Virus record (IMG/VR): IMGVR_UViG_3300032320_000912
Coordinates: 1-40,225 of that record
Source of the DNA: a virus
Lineage: Duplodnaviria > Caudoviricetes
Strand: one strand, 5' to 3'
DNA: 40,225 nt
This document shows positions 1-10,394 of the stretch, piece by piece; within the stretch, counting starts at the first letter, position 1, and each line of letters starts with the position of its first letter. Under the pieces are notes generated by a model. The model ran no database searches and was not told the DNA's origin. It was given only the letters and a program-made list of their open reading frames with translations. Position numbers and translations under genes: made by a program.

Positions 1-1241
1 ACTGCACCACCAAATGAACCAGCAGGACCAGTCGGGCCAAGCTCACCAGTAGGACCAGTAGGGCCAGTTGGACCTATACCACCAGTAGCGCCAGTTGGAC
101 CTGTTGGACCTGGGACAGTAGAGTCTGGTCCAGTCGGACCCTGTGGACCTGTTGCTCCAGTCGGTCCAGTCGGCCCAGGAACTGTTGAATTTGCACCAGT
201 AGGACCAGTAGGGCCAATAGCACCAGTCGGTCCAGTTGGTCCAAGTGAACCAGTTGGCCCCATAACGCCCTGAGGCCCAGTAGGACCAGTTGCTCCGATT
301 GGGCCAGTTGCACCTAAGTCTCCTTGGTCACCTTGAGGGCCTTGGTTACCCTGCGCACCAGTAGGGCCAGTCGGACCGATCGGGCCAGTTGGTCCGGTGT
401 CCCCTAATGCCCCAGTAGGTCCAGTAGGTCCAAATTGACCCTGAGCACCCTGCGGACCAGTAGAACCCTGAGGTCCAGTTGGACCATAAAGATTGATTAG
501 CTGCCAACCAGTTCCTGTGATGTATACGTAAGAAAGGCCAGTGCTTGACTGATACCAAACCGAACCATCAACTGGATTGGATGGCTGATTTTGCCCAAAC
601 AAGAAAACTCCACCAAGAGCGCCTGTAGGTCCTGTAGGTCCGGTAGGTCCGGTAATGCCCTGAATACCTTGTGCTCCGGTAGAGCCAGTTGGGCCTTGCA
701 CACCTTGAGCGCCAGTAGCTCCAGTAGCGCCAGTTGGACCCATTGGACCAACAATCTGTCCAGCATCGGTCCAAGTAGAGCCATTCCAAACGTATAAGTT
801 TCCATCTGCGTCTACGATGTAGGCATCATTGACCGAGTTACCAGAACTTGGCAAGTTACCTACCGTTGCAACAGATCCGACAAAGTGGATATCCGTTCCC
901 TGTGGACCAGTCGGACCAGTCGGTCCTCTAGGTCCTGTTGGACCAATTGTAGTTTGTACAGCTACAATCCAAGAAGAGCCATTGTAAACATATAGTTCTT
1001 CATCAGAGGTGTTGTACCAGAATGGAGTTCTGGTCGAACTGCTAGGTGTAGTTGAAGATACCGCAACTCCACGCTCTCCATAAATGTATGGCAGGCTAGT
1101 CCAAGCGGTCGTTCCGTTGCCAACCTTAAATTTCTGAGTATCAGTCTCAATGCCAGCTTCGCCACTTGCTAGAACCGGGTTGCTGGAAGTCCAGGCAGAA
1201 GCCGTATCTCTGCGTAGCTTGATAATTGTTTGAGCTGGCAT
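1..1241 (-). CDS. Collagen-like fibre protein with Mtd-N/hyaluronidase-N type N-terminal module (3' end beyond window edge)
   Basis: Not in the ORF track because it runs off the edge. ATG at 1241 overlaps the upstream TAA (TAATG). Reads [47 protein letters not shown]..., then long G-P-T/G-A-T triplet runs interrupted by small domains ([18 protein letters not shown]). Open to position 3. Confidence 0.88.
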   Translation of the reverse strand, partial: MPAQTIIKLRRDTASAWTSSNPVLASGEAGIETDTQKFKVGNGTTAWTSLPYIYGERGVAVSSTTPSSSTRTPFWYNTSDEELYVYNGSSWIVAVQTTIGPTGPRGPTGPTGPQGTDIHFVGSVATVGNLPSSGNSVNDAYIVDADGNLYVWNGSTWTDAGQIVGPMGPTGATGATGAQGVQGPTGSTGAQGIQGITGPTGPTGPTGALGGVFLFGQNQPSNPVDGSVWYQSSTGLSYVYITGTGWQLINLYGPTGPQGSTGPQGAQGQFGPTGPTGALGDTGPTGPIGPTGPTGAQGNQGPQGDQGDLGATGPIGATGPTGPQGVMGPTGSLGPTGPTGAIGPTGPTGANSTVPGPTGPTGATGPQGPTGPDSTVPGPTGPTGATGGIGPTGPTGPTGELGPTGPAGSFGGA

Positions 1242-1915
1242 TAGGCCGTGCCTCCGTCAATAATATTACTGTTTTGCCATTTTGAAGTATTCGAGTTATA
1301 TTTTACCATGTCACCATTAGCTTCATTTATAAAATTTACATTATCAATTTGGTCTAATGAAGTTGCAGCCCAATCAAATGATATTTCATTCTCTTCAAAA
1401 ACTATAGGACTAGCACCTGTTAGGTTATCTAGGTTTCCTTGGGGACCTGTTGGTCCGGTTGGACCGATAACCGAAGGGCTTCCATTAGATTCGCTAACTG
1501 GAGTTAGTAAAGTGAGGTCTACTTGGCCATTGGAGGGTAATTGAATTGAGTAATCAGGGATTCCTGAAATCGCAACGCCGTTATCATCCGTAAGGCGATA
1601 TGAGACTTTCCAGGTCCAATTCGTAGGGTTCATGTCTGGGTCGTTTGTAGCAATAAGCCTTACACCACGTCCACCATGCTCTCCAAGCAAGTATCCTTCA
1701 GAATCTAGAACAGACTCATAAGTCGCTGGGATGATTGTAACTGGTGCTGGGCCAGCGCTAATATTTAGCAGTTTACTGACTGACGGGGTAAAGAACACAC
1801 TTCCCTGAGCAGCAGCACCATCTGGATATAGGTCAACGTCACTGCCATCGGATTTTGCTATTAGAAAGCGGCCTACTACGGTTCCGTAGTTTACGTTACT
1901 TGGAAGATTAACCAT
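1241..1915 (-). CDS. Virion fibre/adaptor protein, paralog of 1908-2333, with short collagen stretch and C-terminal IIDGGTA
   Basis: ORF 1241..1927, likely start MVNLPSN at 1915 by alignment with the paralog; [10 protein letters not shown]; lies in the fibre cluster. Confidence 0.75.
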   Translation of the reverse strand: MVNLPSNVNYGTVVGRFLIAKSDGSDVDLYPDGAAAQGSVFFTPSVSKLLNISAGPAPVTIIPATYESVLDSEGYLLGEHGGRGVRLIATNDPDMNPTNWTWKVSYRLTDDNGVAISGIPDYSIQLPSNGQVDLTLLTPVSESNGSPSVIGPTGPTGPQGNLDNLTGASPIVFEENEISFDWAATSLDQIDNVNFINEANGDMVKYNSNTSKWQNSNIIDGGTA

Positions 1916-2333
1916 TGCCAACCACACTTAGATCGATTGTCTGCCCTGCTGGAACAGAGATTGTTTGGTCTGGGATACCGACAACTGGAGTGTCATTCTG
2001 GTCGGTTAGCTTATACCTTGCGGTCCAAGTCCAACCAGTTGGGTTTCCATCGGTATCATTTGTAGCCAAGATTCTTACGCCAGTCTGCCCCGCTGGGCTA
2101 GTCAGGTAGCCATCCACATCAAGGGTGCAAACAACCACTGATGGGATAATCGTTACTGGAGCTGGCGATGCAGTAGCATCTTTCATATACTTAATAGATG
2201 GTGTCAAATAAATCTCGCCCTTTGCAGCAGCTCCGTCTGGATTTGAGTCCTGGTCTATACCATCTGCATAAGCTAGCAAAAAACGACCTACAACTGTTCC
2301 GTAGCTTAAGTTTGAGGGTAAGTTAATTGGCAT
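1908..2333 (-). CDS. Virion adaptor protein, paralog of the N-terminal domain of 1241-1915
   Basis: Shares [15 protein letters not shown], [14 protein letters not shown], ATNDxDxNPTxWTW with the downstream gene. Confidence 0.75.
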   Translation of the reverse strand: MPINLPSNLSYGTVVGRFLLAYADGIDQDSNPDGAAAKGEIYLTPSIKYMKDATASPAPVTIIPSVVVCTLDVDGYLTSPAGQTGVRILATNDTDGNPTGWTWTARYKLTDQNDTPVVGIPDQTISVPAGQTIDLSVVGNG

Positions 2334-2353
2334 TATTGTCCCGTCTAATATTT

Positions 2354-2547
2354 CTAAGCTGTTCCGCCGTCAATGATTTGTGCAGTGCTTACAACTCCAT
2401 AACTAAGGCTGTTCCAAGCAGTCGTGCCGTCACCAAATTTGAATTTGCGTGTATCGGTCTCAATCCCCATCTCGCCTTGTGCCAAGACAGGATTGTTAGA
2501 AACCCAGTTTGCAGCTGTGTCATTTCTAAGCTGTATTTGCACTGCCA

Positions 2548-2548
<1 letters not shown>
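2354..2548 (-). CDS. Small stand-alone Mtd-N/hyaluronidase-N type fibre module
   Basis: IQLRNDTAANWVSNNPVLAQGEMGIETDTRKFKFGDGTTAWNSL is a familiar phage fibre N-terminal module; ends IIDGGTA; TAATG coupling with the upstream gene. Confidence 0.8.
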
Positions 2549-3273
<725 letters not shown>

Positions 3274-3279
3274 TTGATA

Positions 3280-3285
3280 ATTATA
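3280..3285 (-). promoter_or_regulatory. -10 hexamer TATAAT of a probable leaderless promoter
   Basis: Minus strand reads cggTATAATtatcaaATG; no SD between the hexamer and the ATG. Confidence 0.6.
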
Positions 3286-3297
3286 CCGTAATAGTGG

Positions 3298-3333
3298 GAA
3301 CCCGCCCCGGAGATTACTCAACAGGGCGGGTTC
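3298..3333 (-). terminator. GC-rich hairpin (terminator or processing stem)
   Basis: Inverted repeat GAACCCGCCC (3298-3307) / GGGCGGGTTC (3324-3333); no clear U-tract. Confidence 0.45.
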
Positions 3334-3340
3334 TGTGCGC

Positions 3341-3366
3341 ACAAAAGGCCCGAAGGAGGTACGGGC
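3341..3366 (-). terminator. Terminator-like hairpin after nrdH with anti-SD loop
   Basis: Minus strand GCCCG-UACCUCCUU-CGGGC-CUUUUGU, starting 4 nt after the nrdH stop. Confidence 0.6.
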
Positions 3367-3370
3367 ATCT

Positions 3371-3595
3371 TTATTGTAACATAAGCCTCTGTAGTTGATC
3401 CATTCTGAATCCAGACCAGCTCTGGTCTCCAGAGTCCACTACCGGAGCTTGCGTGTAGCCCATTTCCTTAATTTTTTCCATAGCCTCAGAATCGTTTGCT
3501 AGGTCTACTTCTTCAAATTCAATCAAGTTTCTTTTTAGGTACCTCTTTGTGCTGTCGCACTGAACGCAGGAGGGGAGTGTGTAGACAATTACCAT
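3371..3595 (-). CDS. nrdH: Glutaredoxin-like protein NrdH
   Basis: [19 protein letters not shown]...GYTQAPVV...WSGFR: CVQC active site and WSGFR motif typical of NrdH; SD-like AAGGA before ATG 3595. Confidence 0.9.
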   Translation of the reverse strand: MVIVYTLPSCVQCDSTKRYLKRNLIEFEEVDLANDSEAMEKIKEMGYTQAPVVDSGDQSWSGFRMDQLQRLMLQ

Positions 3596-3620
3596 ATTTA
3601 ATTTCCTTATTCTAGAGGCT

Positions 3621-3682
3621 GAAAAACCTCCCAAGTGCGCATCGTAGAGAGGCGAGGGAGGTATTGTTCACCTATTCTAGCA
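3621..3682 (-). ncRNA. Candidate ~45-nt small RNA or structured leader with its own extended -10 promoter
   Basis: TGcTAGAAT at 3682-3674, then ACCUCCC...GGGAGGU stem (3662-3656/3632-3626) followed by UUUU. Confidence 0.4.
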
Positions 3683-3683
3683 C

Positions 3684-3712
3684 AAAGAAAAACCCCCCGC
3701 CAAAGCGAGGGG
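3684..3712 (-). terminator. Rho-independent terminator after the major capsid gene
   Basis: CCCCUCGC-UUUG-GCGGGGGG followed by UUUUUCUUU. Confidence 0.85.
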
Positions 3713-3733
3713 CATTCCTTGTCTGGACTAGGT

Positions 3734-4837
3734 TTATGAACCTGCTCCGGTTGATGCAAGGGTACCAGCTGGCACGATGAAGCCACCAGTTGCGACGTGG
3801 CGGATTCTCATCTCCCAGTCGTCGTTGTCGAATGAACCCTCACGGGCAGGAACCTGACCGCCACCAAGGTATAGACCACCAGTGGACTTGATGCGAAGCT
3901 CAGGAGCCTCGTATCCACGTAGGAAGCCTAGCGCTACGGCTGGGTTTAGGGACTGACCTGGAGCTGGGATTAGGAACCAGTAGTTGGTTGCGCCAGAGTT
4001 GATTCTGGTGATCCAGTCGTTTACAACGATGGTGATCTGAGAACCGATTGGGTTTCCGGTGATCATCGTGGTAGCAACTGAGCCAGCAGTGGTCTCGGTG
4101 CGGATTTCCTGCACAGCAAGGATCTTGCGAGCAGTCATCTCTAGCGAGCGTGGCACAACTAGTACGAACTGGGTAACTGGGCGGATTAGCTTGCCGTTCC
4201 AGGTCTGCTTGTTAGCAGCGTCGATAGCTGCCTCAAGAGCTGCAAGGGTCAACACTGGGTTGCCAGAAATCAAGTTCTGGTTAGCAGTCTTGAAGTTGGT
4301 GGTGTTTAGACCGCCAGATGCAACTAGCTGCTTGGTAACTTCTTCGTCTTCCTTGCCAGCGGCCTTTAGGCCAAGCTCGATAGGTAGACGCTCTAGTAGA
4401 CCAATCTGTCCGTCGTTAACGATAGACTCCCAGCTGAAGCGGATTCTCTGACCAGCCTTCTTGACCTGCATGGTCTGCTCGGTAACCGAGAACCAACCAG
4501 CAGTTGGGTACTCGTCGTACTCGCCAACGGTAGGCAATGAGCCTTCGCGGAAAGTGTCACCCTGGTTGTCAAGACCCTCGTCGTCGTAACGAAGAGCTTG
4601 GAAGGTAACTGGACGGAAGTCGTCTACTACTAGACGAGTTGCGAACTGGTCCCAAACCTTTGGCTGAGCCTCGTAGTTCTCTAGGAGGATCTTGTTTAGG
4701 GTTGGAACTAGTAGCTCTGGAAGGTCGGAGGTAGAGATACCTTCCTGTAGCTTTAGCTTGTCAGTGCGGTCACCACGAAGGGCACCCTCAAGTAGCTTTG
4801 CTGCCTCGATGTGACGAGGAGTGATAGTTGTAGTCAT
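3734..4837 (-). CDS. Major capsid protein
   Basis: 367 aa; follows protease and decoration genes; ISTSDLP...VDDFRP...VGEYDEY...FSWESIVND pattern of Mu-gpT-like/actinophage capsid proteins; strong terminator downstream. Confidence 0.88.
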   Translation of the reverse strand: MTTTITPRHIEAAKLLEGALRGDRTDKLKLQEGISTSDLPELLVPTLNKILLENYEAQPKVWDQFATRLVVDDFRPVTFQALRYDDEGLDNQGDTFREGSLPTVGEYDEYPTAGWFSVTEQTMQVKKAGQRIRFSWESIVNDGQIGLLERLPIELGLKAAGKEDEEVTKQLVASGGLNTTNFKTANQNLISGNPVLTLAALEAAIDAANKQTWNGKLIRPVTQFVLVVPRSLEMTARKILAVQEIRTETTAGSVATTMITGNPIGSQITIVVNDWITRINSGATNYWFLIPAPGQSLNPAVALGFLRGYEAPELRIKSTGGLYLGGGQVPAREGSFDNDDWEMRIRHVATGGFIVPAGTLASTGAGS

Positions 4838-4848
4838 TCTGTCTTTCC

Positions 4849-5199
4849 TTAGTTCTGAGCCAAGCGAACAACTACCTCAGTAGTGGTTACCTTGATAACG
4901 TGGCCAATTAGCTTAGCGCTGGTCGCAGATTCTTGAGCCTCTGGAATGATTCCAGTGGTTCCGTTAGCAACTCCGTAAGCCTTCTGTCCAACGTCAAAAG
5001 TGTCGCCAGACTTGAAAGGGATTAGGAATGCTCCGTTTAGCTTTAGGGTAGCGTAAGTGCTGCCATTCTGACCAGTCACAGCATTCTTCTCTGCAACACC
5101 AACGATGTCGCCTACCTTGACAAACTTGCCAGAGGTGACAGAGGTGTGTACTGGGAAGACAAGACTGTCGGCTACTGTATAGATCTCGTTAAGAGCCAT
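4849..5199 (-). CDS. Capsid decoration/cement protein (DUF2190-like)
   Basis: 116 aa beta-rich; VTSGKFVKVGDIVGVA...GAF...FDVGQKAY...LIGHV; sits between protease and capsid genes. Confidence 0.7.
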   Translation of the reverse strand: MALNEIYTVADSLVFPVHTSVTSGKFVKVGDIVGVAEKNAVTGQNGSTYATLKLNGAFLIPFKSGDTFDVGQKAYGVANGTTGIIPEAQESATSAKLIGHVIKVTTTEVVVRLAQN

Positions 5200-5210
5200 C
5201 TTTTTTCCTT

Positions 5211-6194
5211 CTATTTCTTCTTTGAGATGCGAGAGACGATAGCGTCAAACTCATCAGCAGCGGTTGAGGTAGTCTTTACAACTGCCTCGTGGACAACACC
5301 GACAACTTCAGCAGTCGGAGTGGCGACGGACTCGCGAAGTGAGCTGGCGTAAGCCTTCTCTTCCTCGATTAGCTCGTCAACAGTCTTGCTGTTTTCAGCA
5401 GACTTTAGGGACTCCGAGACTCGCTTTAGGGCGATTCTTGGTAGTCCGGACTCATTGAACTTCTCAGCAACGTCGACTGGGTCTAGGGCAGGAGCCTCGT
5501 CCTCCACAGTCTCAGTCTCGGATTCCTCTTCAGGCTCGGCAGTTGCGGATTCTACAAGAACCGATACTGACTCGCGAAGAGGGCTGAGTGCCTCAACAAA
5601 GGTAGTCTTTAGGTCAGCGATTGCTGCCTCAAACTCTTCCTTGGTAATGGACATTTCATTTCCTTCTTCCATGTGGGACGAGTTTAGCTCGTCTTTTGCC
5701 TTGTAGCTCTCGAGAAGGCTAATAAATTTGCCTCCAGCCCCTGCTACGGTAACCACGTCAACGCTAGTGAGAGGATTCTCAACCAATGCTTCAATGATCG
5801 GGCCTTCGCGTCCATCTGCTTCACCCATGCGAGCTTCGCCATATGCACGAATTGATAATCCCACGTCTTCTGCCATCTCAGCGATGATAGGAGCGTAGTG
5901 GGAGTAAAACTGAATGTCACCGTAAAGAGCACCCTCTTTGAACACAGGAGTTCCGACTAGCTTTCCTGCTAGCTCGTGAACATCGCGCTCTGGCCTGTCG
6001 CTTTCCTCAGAAAGCGAAGGGTGGTTCATGTAAACCTTAGTTCCAGACTTAAAGACCTGTGGTCCGTCAGTAGCCAAAACCGATTCAGAGTAAAAGCCAG
6101 AGGAACCCCAGCCAGCCTGAATGATCTTTACCCGCCACTTGTTCTTGCCGGGCTTAGCGGTAAAGTCAACACTCTCGCTTAGCAGTTCAGCCAT
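5211..6194 (-). CDS. Prohead protease fused to scaffolding domain
   Basis: IIQAGWGSSGFY, YMNHP, GLSI, SVDVVTVAGAGGKF motifs; acidic helical C-terminal half. Confidence 0.85.
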   Translation of the reverse strand: MAELLSESVDFTAKPGKNKWRVKIIQAGWGSSGFYSESVLATDGPQVFKSGTKVYMNHPSLSEESDRPERDVHELAGKLVGTPVFKEGALYGDIQFYSHYAPIIAEMAEDVGLSIRAYGEARMGEADGREGPIIEALVENPLTSVDVVTVAGAGGKFISLLESYKAKDELNSSHMEEGNEMSITKEEFEAAIADLKTTFVEALSPLRESVSVLVESATAEPEEESETETVEDEAPALDPVDVAEKFNESGLPRIALKRVSESLKSAENSKTVDELIEEEKAYASSLRESVATPTAEVVGVVHEAVVKTTSTAADEFDAIVSRISKKK

Positions 6195-6227
6195 AAAGTC
6201 TCCGTAAAAATGCGTATCCTAGATGTT

Positions 6228-6238
6228 ATGATACCACA
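6228..6238 (-). promoter_or_regulatory. Extended -10 promoter (TGTGGTATCAT) for the capsid operon
   Basis: Intergenic between portal and protease; GGAG SD precedes ATG 6194. Confidence 0.5.
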
Positions 6239-6255
6239 TTTTACTTATTGAGGAA

Positions 6256-7611
6256 CTAATTATCTAGGTCTCTTAGCTCATTGCTGTTGTCTTGCATGGA
6301 GCCAACTTCGCCTGAGTTACCTTGGCTTGGGACAGCTGAGCCAGAGTCGCTCTGGTCAGAGTTTGGTGGAGTAGCGTGTAGTGAGTGCACATCTAGCTCA
6401 TCCATTACTGCGGCTCGCATTTCATCCTGCCAGATAGCGCCAGCCTCGTAAGCCAAAGCCAAGGACTGAACCATGCGGTAGCTAGATTCGGTCTCCATCT
6501 TAGGCCACTTGATAGCAGTTTCCTTCTGTCCAAAAAAGCGCATGATGCGGTCTAGGTAAAGTTCCCACAATCGCTGTCTAGCCTGCATCGCCTTGGTGGT
6601 TGGGATGTCAAGAGTTTGTGCCACTCCATAAGCCCCGCTTGTTCCAGGGTCTGACATCAGCGCAACAACTGATACCTCCAATGCGGCAGCAACCATCGCA
6701 GCAAGGGGCTTTCCGTTTCCAAGGTCTACCGAGTTGCTTGTGCGCGGCAGGGATGCCAGCTCCATGTCCGCACCTAGGACTGCTGTGGATCCAGCCGACT
6801 GTGGTGTTGCAATAGTGGCAGCAGCAGCTGTGGCACCCGTCTTGGTTTTGCTTTTCAATTGCCATGCGAACATAGACAAGCTCTTCAAGATTCTTGAGCC
6901 GTCCTTTAGATATTCGTTGTAGGCGTAGGCCCAAGGATAAGCGGCGAAACAATCTGGTACACCCCATGGATTTCCCGCCCGTTTGTTAACCATGAAAGGG
7001 AACATGGTTTTACCGTAGTTAACTCTTTGGTTCTGGATGACCTGAACCCGAACACCCACTTCGTAACCGTCAACAGGATACCACTCGTGAATCGTGTTGG
7101 TCTTGCCATCAATGTCCATGCGGGACCAAGATCTGCGAATAAAGCGGATGCTTTCGATGTTGTCTGGGTCAGAAACCCAGCCCGTGATCTCCTTAAAAGG
7201 GATTCTCTGCAGTTGCTTAGTGACATTGTCACCAAGGATAAAGAATTGCCCGGCGGTGAAGTTCGACCGCTCGTTGATGATCATTGCTTCTGCGGAGAAA
7301 AGTGCGTTTTGGTTAGCTGGAGAATTTACCAGTTGCTCGATACGACGTGATGCAAACTCCTCAATTTGCAGGCCACGGCCAAAGATATAGCTTGTGCGAA
7401 GCCCAAATCCACGCTTTAGTAGTGGATTTCCATCGGTCTTTTCAGTAAGCTTTTCAGCTAGAGTTTGAAGCTGCTCAATAGTAAAAGCGTCTCCAACGTG
7501 GTTTTGGACACCCAAAAGGCTCCAGCCTTCGTCTTCGATAGACAAAAGAGCCTGCGCCATGTTGTTATAGGACTCTACTAATGCAGAGTAATCTGCTTCA
7601 TATTCGTTCAT
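6256..7611 (-). CDS. Portal protein
   Basis: 451 aa between TerL and protease; NPLLKRGFGLRTSYIFGRG, WGVPD, LDIPT motifs resembling actinophage portals. Confidence 0.85.
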   Translation of the reverse strand: MNEYEADYSALVESYNNMAQALLSIEDEGWSLLGVQNHVGDAFTIEQLQTLAEKLTEKTDGNPLLKRGFGLRTSYIFGRGLQIEEFASRRIEQLVNSPANQNALFSAEAMIINERSNFTAGQFFILGDNVTKQLQRIPFKEITGWVSDPDNIESIRFIRRSWSRMDIDGKTNTIHEWYPVDGYEVGVRVQVIQNQRVNYGKTMFPFMVNKRAGNPWGVPDCFAAYPWAYAYNEYLKDGSRILKSLSMFAWQLKSKTKTGATAAAATIATPQSAGSTAVLGADMELASLPRTSNSVDLGNGKPLAAMVAAALEVSVVALMSDPGTSGAYGVAQTLDIPTTKAMQARQRLWELYLDRIMRFFGQKETAIKWPKMETESSYRMVQSLALAYEAGAIWQDEMRAAVMDELDVHSLHATPPNSDQSDSGSAVPSQGNSGEVGSMQDNSNELRDLDN

Positions 7612-7657
7612 AAAAGTCTCAAATATCCTTCAAATAGTCGTAAAAACTATTTAAAGT

Positions 7658-9169
7658 CTACCATGTCCAGTCAGAATAGAAGGGAAAGCGCTGATCCAGT
7701 ACATTTGCATCTTGGTAAAGCGTGTCTCCAGGCTTCATTCCAGCGTAAGATCCGTTGGTTAAGTAGTCCAGGTTAAGCGTTGCGTACATCGCAGCATCCA
7801 AGCGGTCAGGGGATTTAAGCCCTCTGGAGCGCATGTCATCCTTAGATTCAATCTGGATTGCACCCTTTGTGCTGAACTTATACTTGATTACCATCATCTC
7901 GTCAAGCAGGGTCTTGTCGTCGATGTCGATGTCCAACTGCCCCATCAGCATCTTCTCACGCAGGTTGTCATAGCCAAAGGCACGGGCGTTTAGCCAACGG
8001 GTGTTATCTGGGCTAGCTGCGGCTCCGACTACGGAGATAACCGTATACATGTTGTTGCACATAGCTGCAACCATATCCACTACAGGCGCACCTAGTCCGG
8101 TGCCGTCAATTCGGACCTCACGCACACCAGTTGCAATAGCAGCCTCGTGAATGCGGTTTGCCGACTCCACTGCGTTTGCCTTTGTCCACGTCGAGAAGTG
8201 CCTTAAGCGGCCACCTCTGTTGATGTAGATAACCGAATCGTCCTCACCGAAGCGAGCGATGTCCACGCCTAGCACCGCAGGGATTTCCCCATCCTCAACA
8301 ATGTCAGTGTCGATAGAGCAATCTAGCGCCACCTGCGAAAAGAAGGTGGTGTCATCTTCTTCTGGGAACTGCCCAAGAACCTTAGACTTGTATCTAGCAG
8401 ACTCTTCGCCCCAAGCCTTCTTCTGGCGCTCTACCCAAGACGGCTGGATGAGAAGGGGTGCCACATCTTCCGGTACCCATTCGTTAGTGAAATTAGGCGA
8501 ATCAAAAGCTGATATCTGAATCTTGTTCCAGGTTTCATCTTCCCTGAATATACGATGGAATTCAGTTCCTCGACGGTCAGGGTTTCCAATAGCGAGAACT
8601 CGACTGTCCGCGGATGTAGTAACTGCTTCAGCAGCAGTGTAAAGGTCAGTCGGAATACCCCCGGCCTCGTCCAGTACAACAAATACATATCGCCTGTGGA
8701 TTCCCTGGAACGCCGAAACAATGTCGGTATCAGCAGGTCGTCTTCCAAATCCAATAAGAGTGCCGTACTCGTCATTTAGTTTCCATTCCTCTGACTGGTT
8801 GATGTGGCCAGGAAGGGAAAAGCCCCTTACCGCTGCAAGCTTGTGGTTGTCCTTTAGCTCACGGAATAAAACGCGGGCAATCTGGGGATAAGTTGGAGCT
8901 GAACAAATAAGCGCAACCTCGTAAGGATCGTGTACAGCAATCCACCAGCTGCCAAGAATCCCAGCAGTAGCAGACTTACCAGCACCATTACAGCTAACAA
9001 CAGCAGTGTGAGTGTTCTGAGCCACGCTGAGCGCAACCTCTGCTTGCTTTGACCACATATGCTTGCCAAGTACGTCCGAAGCCCAAGCAACTGGGTCGTT
9101 AAGGTAGATCGAGTTCTTGGAGCGCTTTCTGAGGTCGCTGATGACTCCATCGATGACATTATCTATCAT
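7658..9169 (-). CDS. terL: Terminase large subunit
   Basis: Walker A SCNGAGKS, APTYPQ, Walker B VVLDEA, IGNP coupling motif, nuclease LGVDIARFGEDDS and SPDRLDA. Confidence 0.95.
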   Translation of the reverse strand: MIDNVIDGVISDLRKRSKNSIYLNDPVAWASDVLGKHMWSKQAEVALSVAQNTHTAVVSCNGAGKSATAGILGSWWIAVHDPYEVALICSAPTYPQIARVLFRELKDNHKLAAVRGFSLPGHINQSEEWKLNDEYGTLIGFGRRPADTDIVSAFQGIHRRYVFVVLDEAGGIPTDLYTAAEAVTTSADSRVLAIGNPDRRGTEFHRIFREDETWNKIQISAFDSPNFTNEWVPEDVAPLLIQPSWVERQKKAWGEESARYKSKVLGQFPEEDDTTFFSQVALDCSIDTDIVEDGEIPAVLGVDIARFGEDDSVIYINRGGRLRHFSTWTKANAVESANRIHEAAIATGVREVRIDGTGLGAPVVDMVAAMCNNMYTVISVVGAAASPDNTRWLNARAFGYDNLREKMLMGQLDIDIDDKTLLDEMMVIKYKFSTKGAIQIESKDDMRSRGLKSPDRLDAAMYATLNLDYLTNGSYAGMKPGDTLYQDANVLDQRFPFYSDWTW

Positions 9170-9659
9170 TCTCTATCTCTGTCTTTGCGCGGAATAGCCC
9201 TTCGGCTACCAGCTCGTCTAGTTCGTGGCGTGGGACTTCTGGGTAACGCTCAGCAAGTTCTTGCTTGGCGAAGTTCAATGCGGCATCCATGGCTCGTAGC
9301 AAAATCTTTTGCTGGAACTCTGAGAGGCGCAGAACATCTGTGTTCATCTTGCCCTTCTCGGAGTCAAGGCGCTTGCCAATTAGCTCTAGCGTTTTTAGCA
9401 TTAGGCGGCCAGCCTCTGGGTCCTGCATCTGCACAGCGTTGAGGCGGAGGGAATCCTTGAGTTCGTTTAGCTCGAAGAGCAACAATTGACGCTGCTCGAC
9501 TTCAGTCCAGATGTCGCGCTTCTTCATCAGCTGCTTAACGTGGTCGATGGCCTGAGCGGCTGGGATACCAGTCTTAAGCTCTATCTCGTCACCAGAGGCT
9601 CCAGAAGCCGCTAGGTGGATGAGAGTATCATCCAGTAGGGAGATCTCATTAGAGGCCAT
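9159..9659 (-). CDS. Putative terminase small subunit
   Basis: 166 aa helical protein with N-terminal HTH-like segment, overlapping the terL start; call is by position. Confidence 0.55.
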   Translation of the reverse strand: MASNEISLLDDTLIHLAASGASGDEIELKTGIPAAQAIDHVKQLMKKRDIWTEVEQRQLLLFELNELKDSLRLNAVQMQDPEAGRLMLKTLELIGKRLDSEKGKMNTDVLRLSEFQQKILLRAMDAALNFAKQELAERYPEVPRHELDELVAEGLFRAKTEIENDR

Positions 9660-9807
9660 TGAGGGGCCTTTCCTTTTGGTCTGGCAATTTGGCGTTCACT
9701 TCTTGCAGAGCACAGAAGATCGCATAGAGCATATCTGCAATCTGCTTTAGGTCAACGCTCGAAGCGTCTGGGGTTGGTTCTGGTTCTTCTGTAAGTCCAC
9801 GCGCCAT
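9649..9807 (-). CDS. Hypothetical protein (52 aa)
   Basis: MARGLTEEPEPTPDASSVDLKQIADMLYAIFCALQEVNAKLPDQKERPLNGL; GGGAG upstream; overlaps the next start; TGaTAGAAT at 9854-9846. Confidence 0.6.
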   Translation of the reverse strand: MARGLTEEPEPTPDASSVDLKQIADMLYAIFCALQEVNAKLPDQKERPLNGL

Positions 9808-9878
9808 TTTGTTTTTTCTCCCGCGAAAAATTTTTTAGTGATCTAATTCTATCAGGAAATAGAATTTCTATGAGTTCT

Positions 9879-10046
9879 TTAGATGACTACCTTGAGCACA
9901 ACGAGGCAAGGGTCGCCACCTTCCTCCCACTCGGCTTCTTCGTCGATCGTCATGTAAGGGTCACCTTCGTGGGTGTTGCAGAACGGTGGGGACACCCAGC
10001 CTTCGTCGATACCCAGCTGGAGCCATGAGTCGTAATCAAGTTTCAT
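9879..10046 (-). CDS. Hypothetical protein (55 aa), probably leaderless
   Basis: MKLDYDSWLQLGIDEGWVSPPFCNTHEGDPYMTIDEEAEWEEGGDPCLVVLKVVI; TGtTAGAAT 6 nt upstream of the ATG. Confidence 0.7.
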   Translation of the reverse strand: MKLDYDSWLQLGIDEGWVSPPFCNTHEGDPYMTIDEEAEWEEGGDPCLVVLKVVI

Positions 10047-10167
10047 GTTTGGATTCTAACACAAAATTTTGAAAAGGTCGCTGAAGTGCGCGTGATGGGA
10101 GAGGGGGGCCACTTTTGTGTATACGCTCAATAAAATGATTTCTTTCCCTATGGATTACGGCCGGGAC

Positions 10168-10214
10168 AAAAAAAGGGCCAGAACCGGCTAGGGGGATAAC
10201 CGATTCTGACCCTT
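10168..10214 (-). terminator. Terminator of the leftward operon, 18-bp stem with UCCCCC loop
   Basis: AAGGGUCAGAAUCGGUUA-UCCCCC-UAGCCGGUUCUGGCCCUU-UUUUU; three G-U pairs work only on the minus strand. Confidence 0.85.
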
Positions 10215-10222
10215 CTGTTTAC

Positions 10223-10384
10223 CTAGACTGTTGGAAGTCCAGGAGCTAAGATTGCTTCGGCAATTACGTAACCGAATAGCAACCCGATACCCACTATCCA
10301 TACCATAGTCATAAACGGACTATCTAGGAACTTTTGCAGGTTTGTTCTTGGCTTTGCGTGTCTTGGCTTTGCGTGTCTTGACAT
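10223..10384 (-). CDS. Small membrane protein
   Basis: MSRHAKPRHAKPR plus one transmembrane helix; AAGGAG SD; 15-nt tandem duplication encodes RHAKP twice. Confidence 0.7.
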   Translation of the reverse strand: MSRHAKPRHAKPRTNLQKFLDSPFMTMVWIVGIGLLFGYVIAEAILAPGLPTV

Positions 10385-10394
10385 CTCATTCTCC

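Noticed and set aside
1-960. Dense 9-nt periodic repeats (GGACCAGTx) resembling a tandem array
   Set aside because: Explained by Gly-Pro-Thr collagen coding on the minus strand; no repeat-spacer structure. The short ORFs listed here are off-frame shadows.
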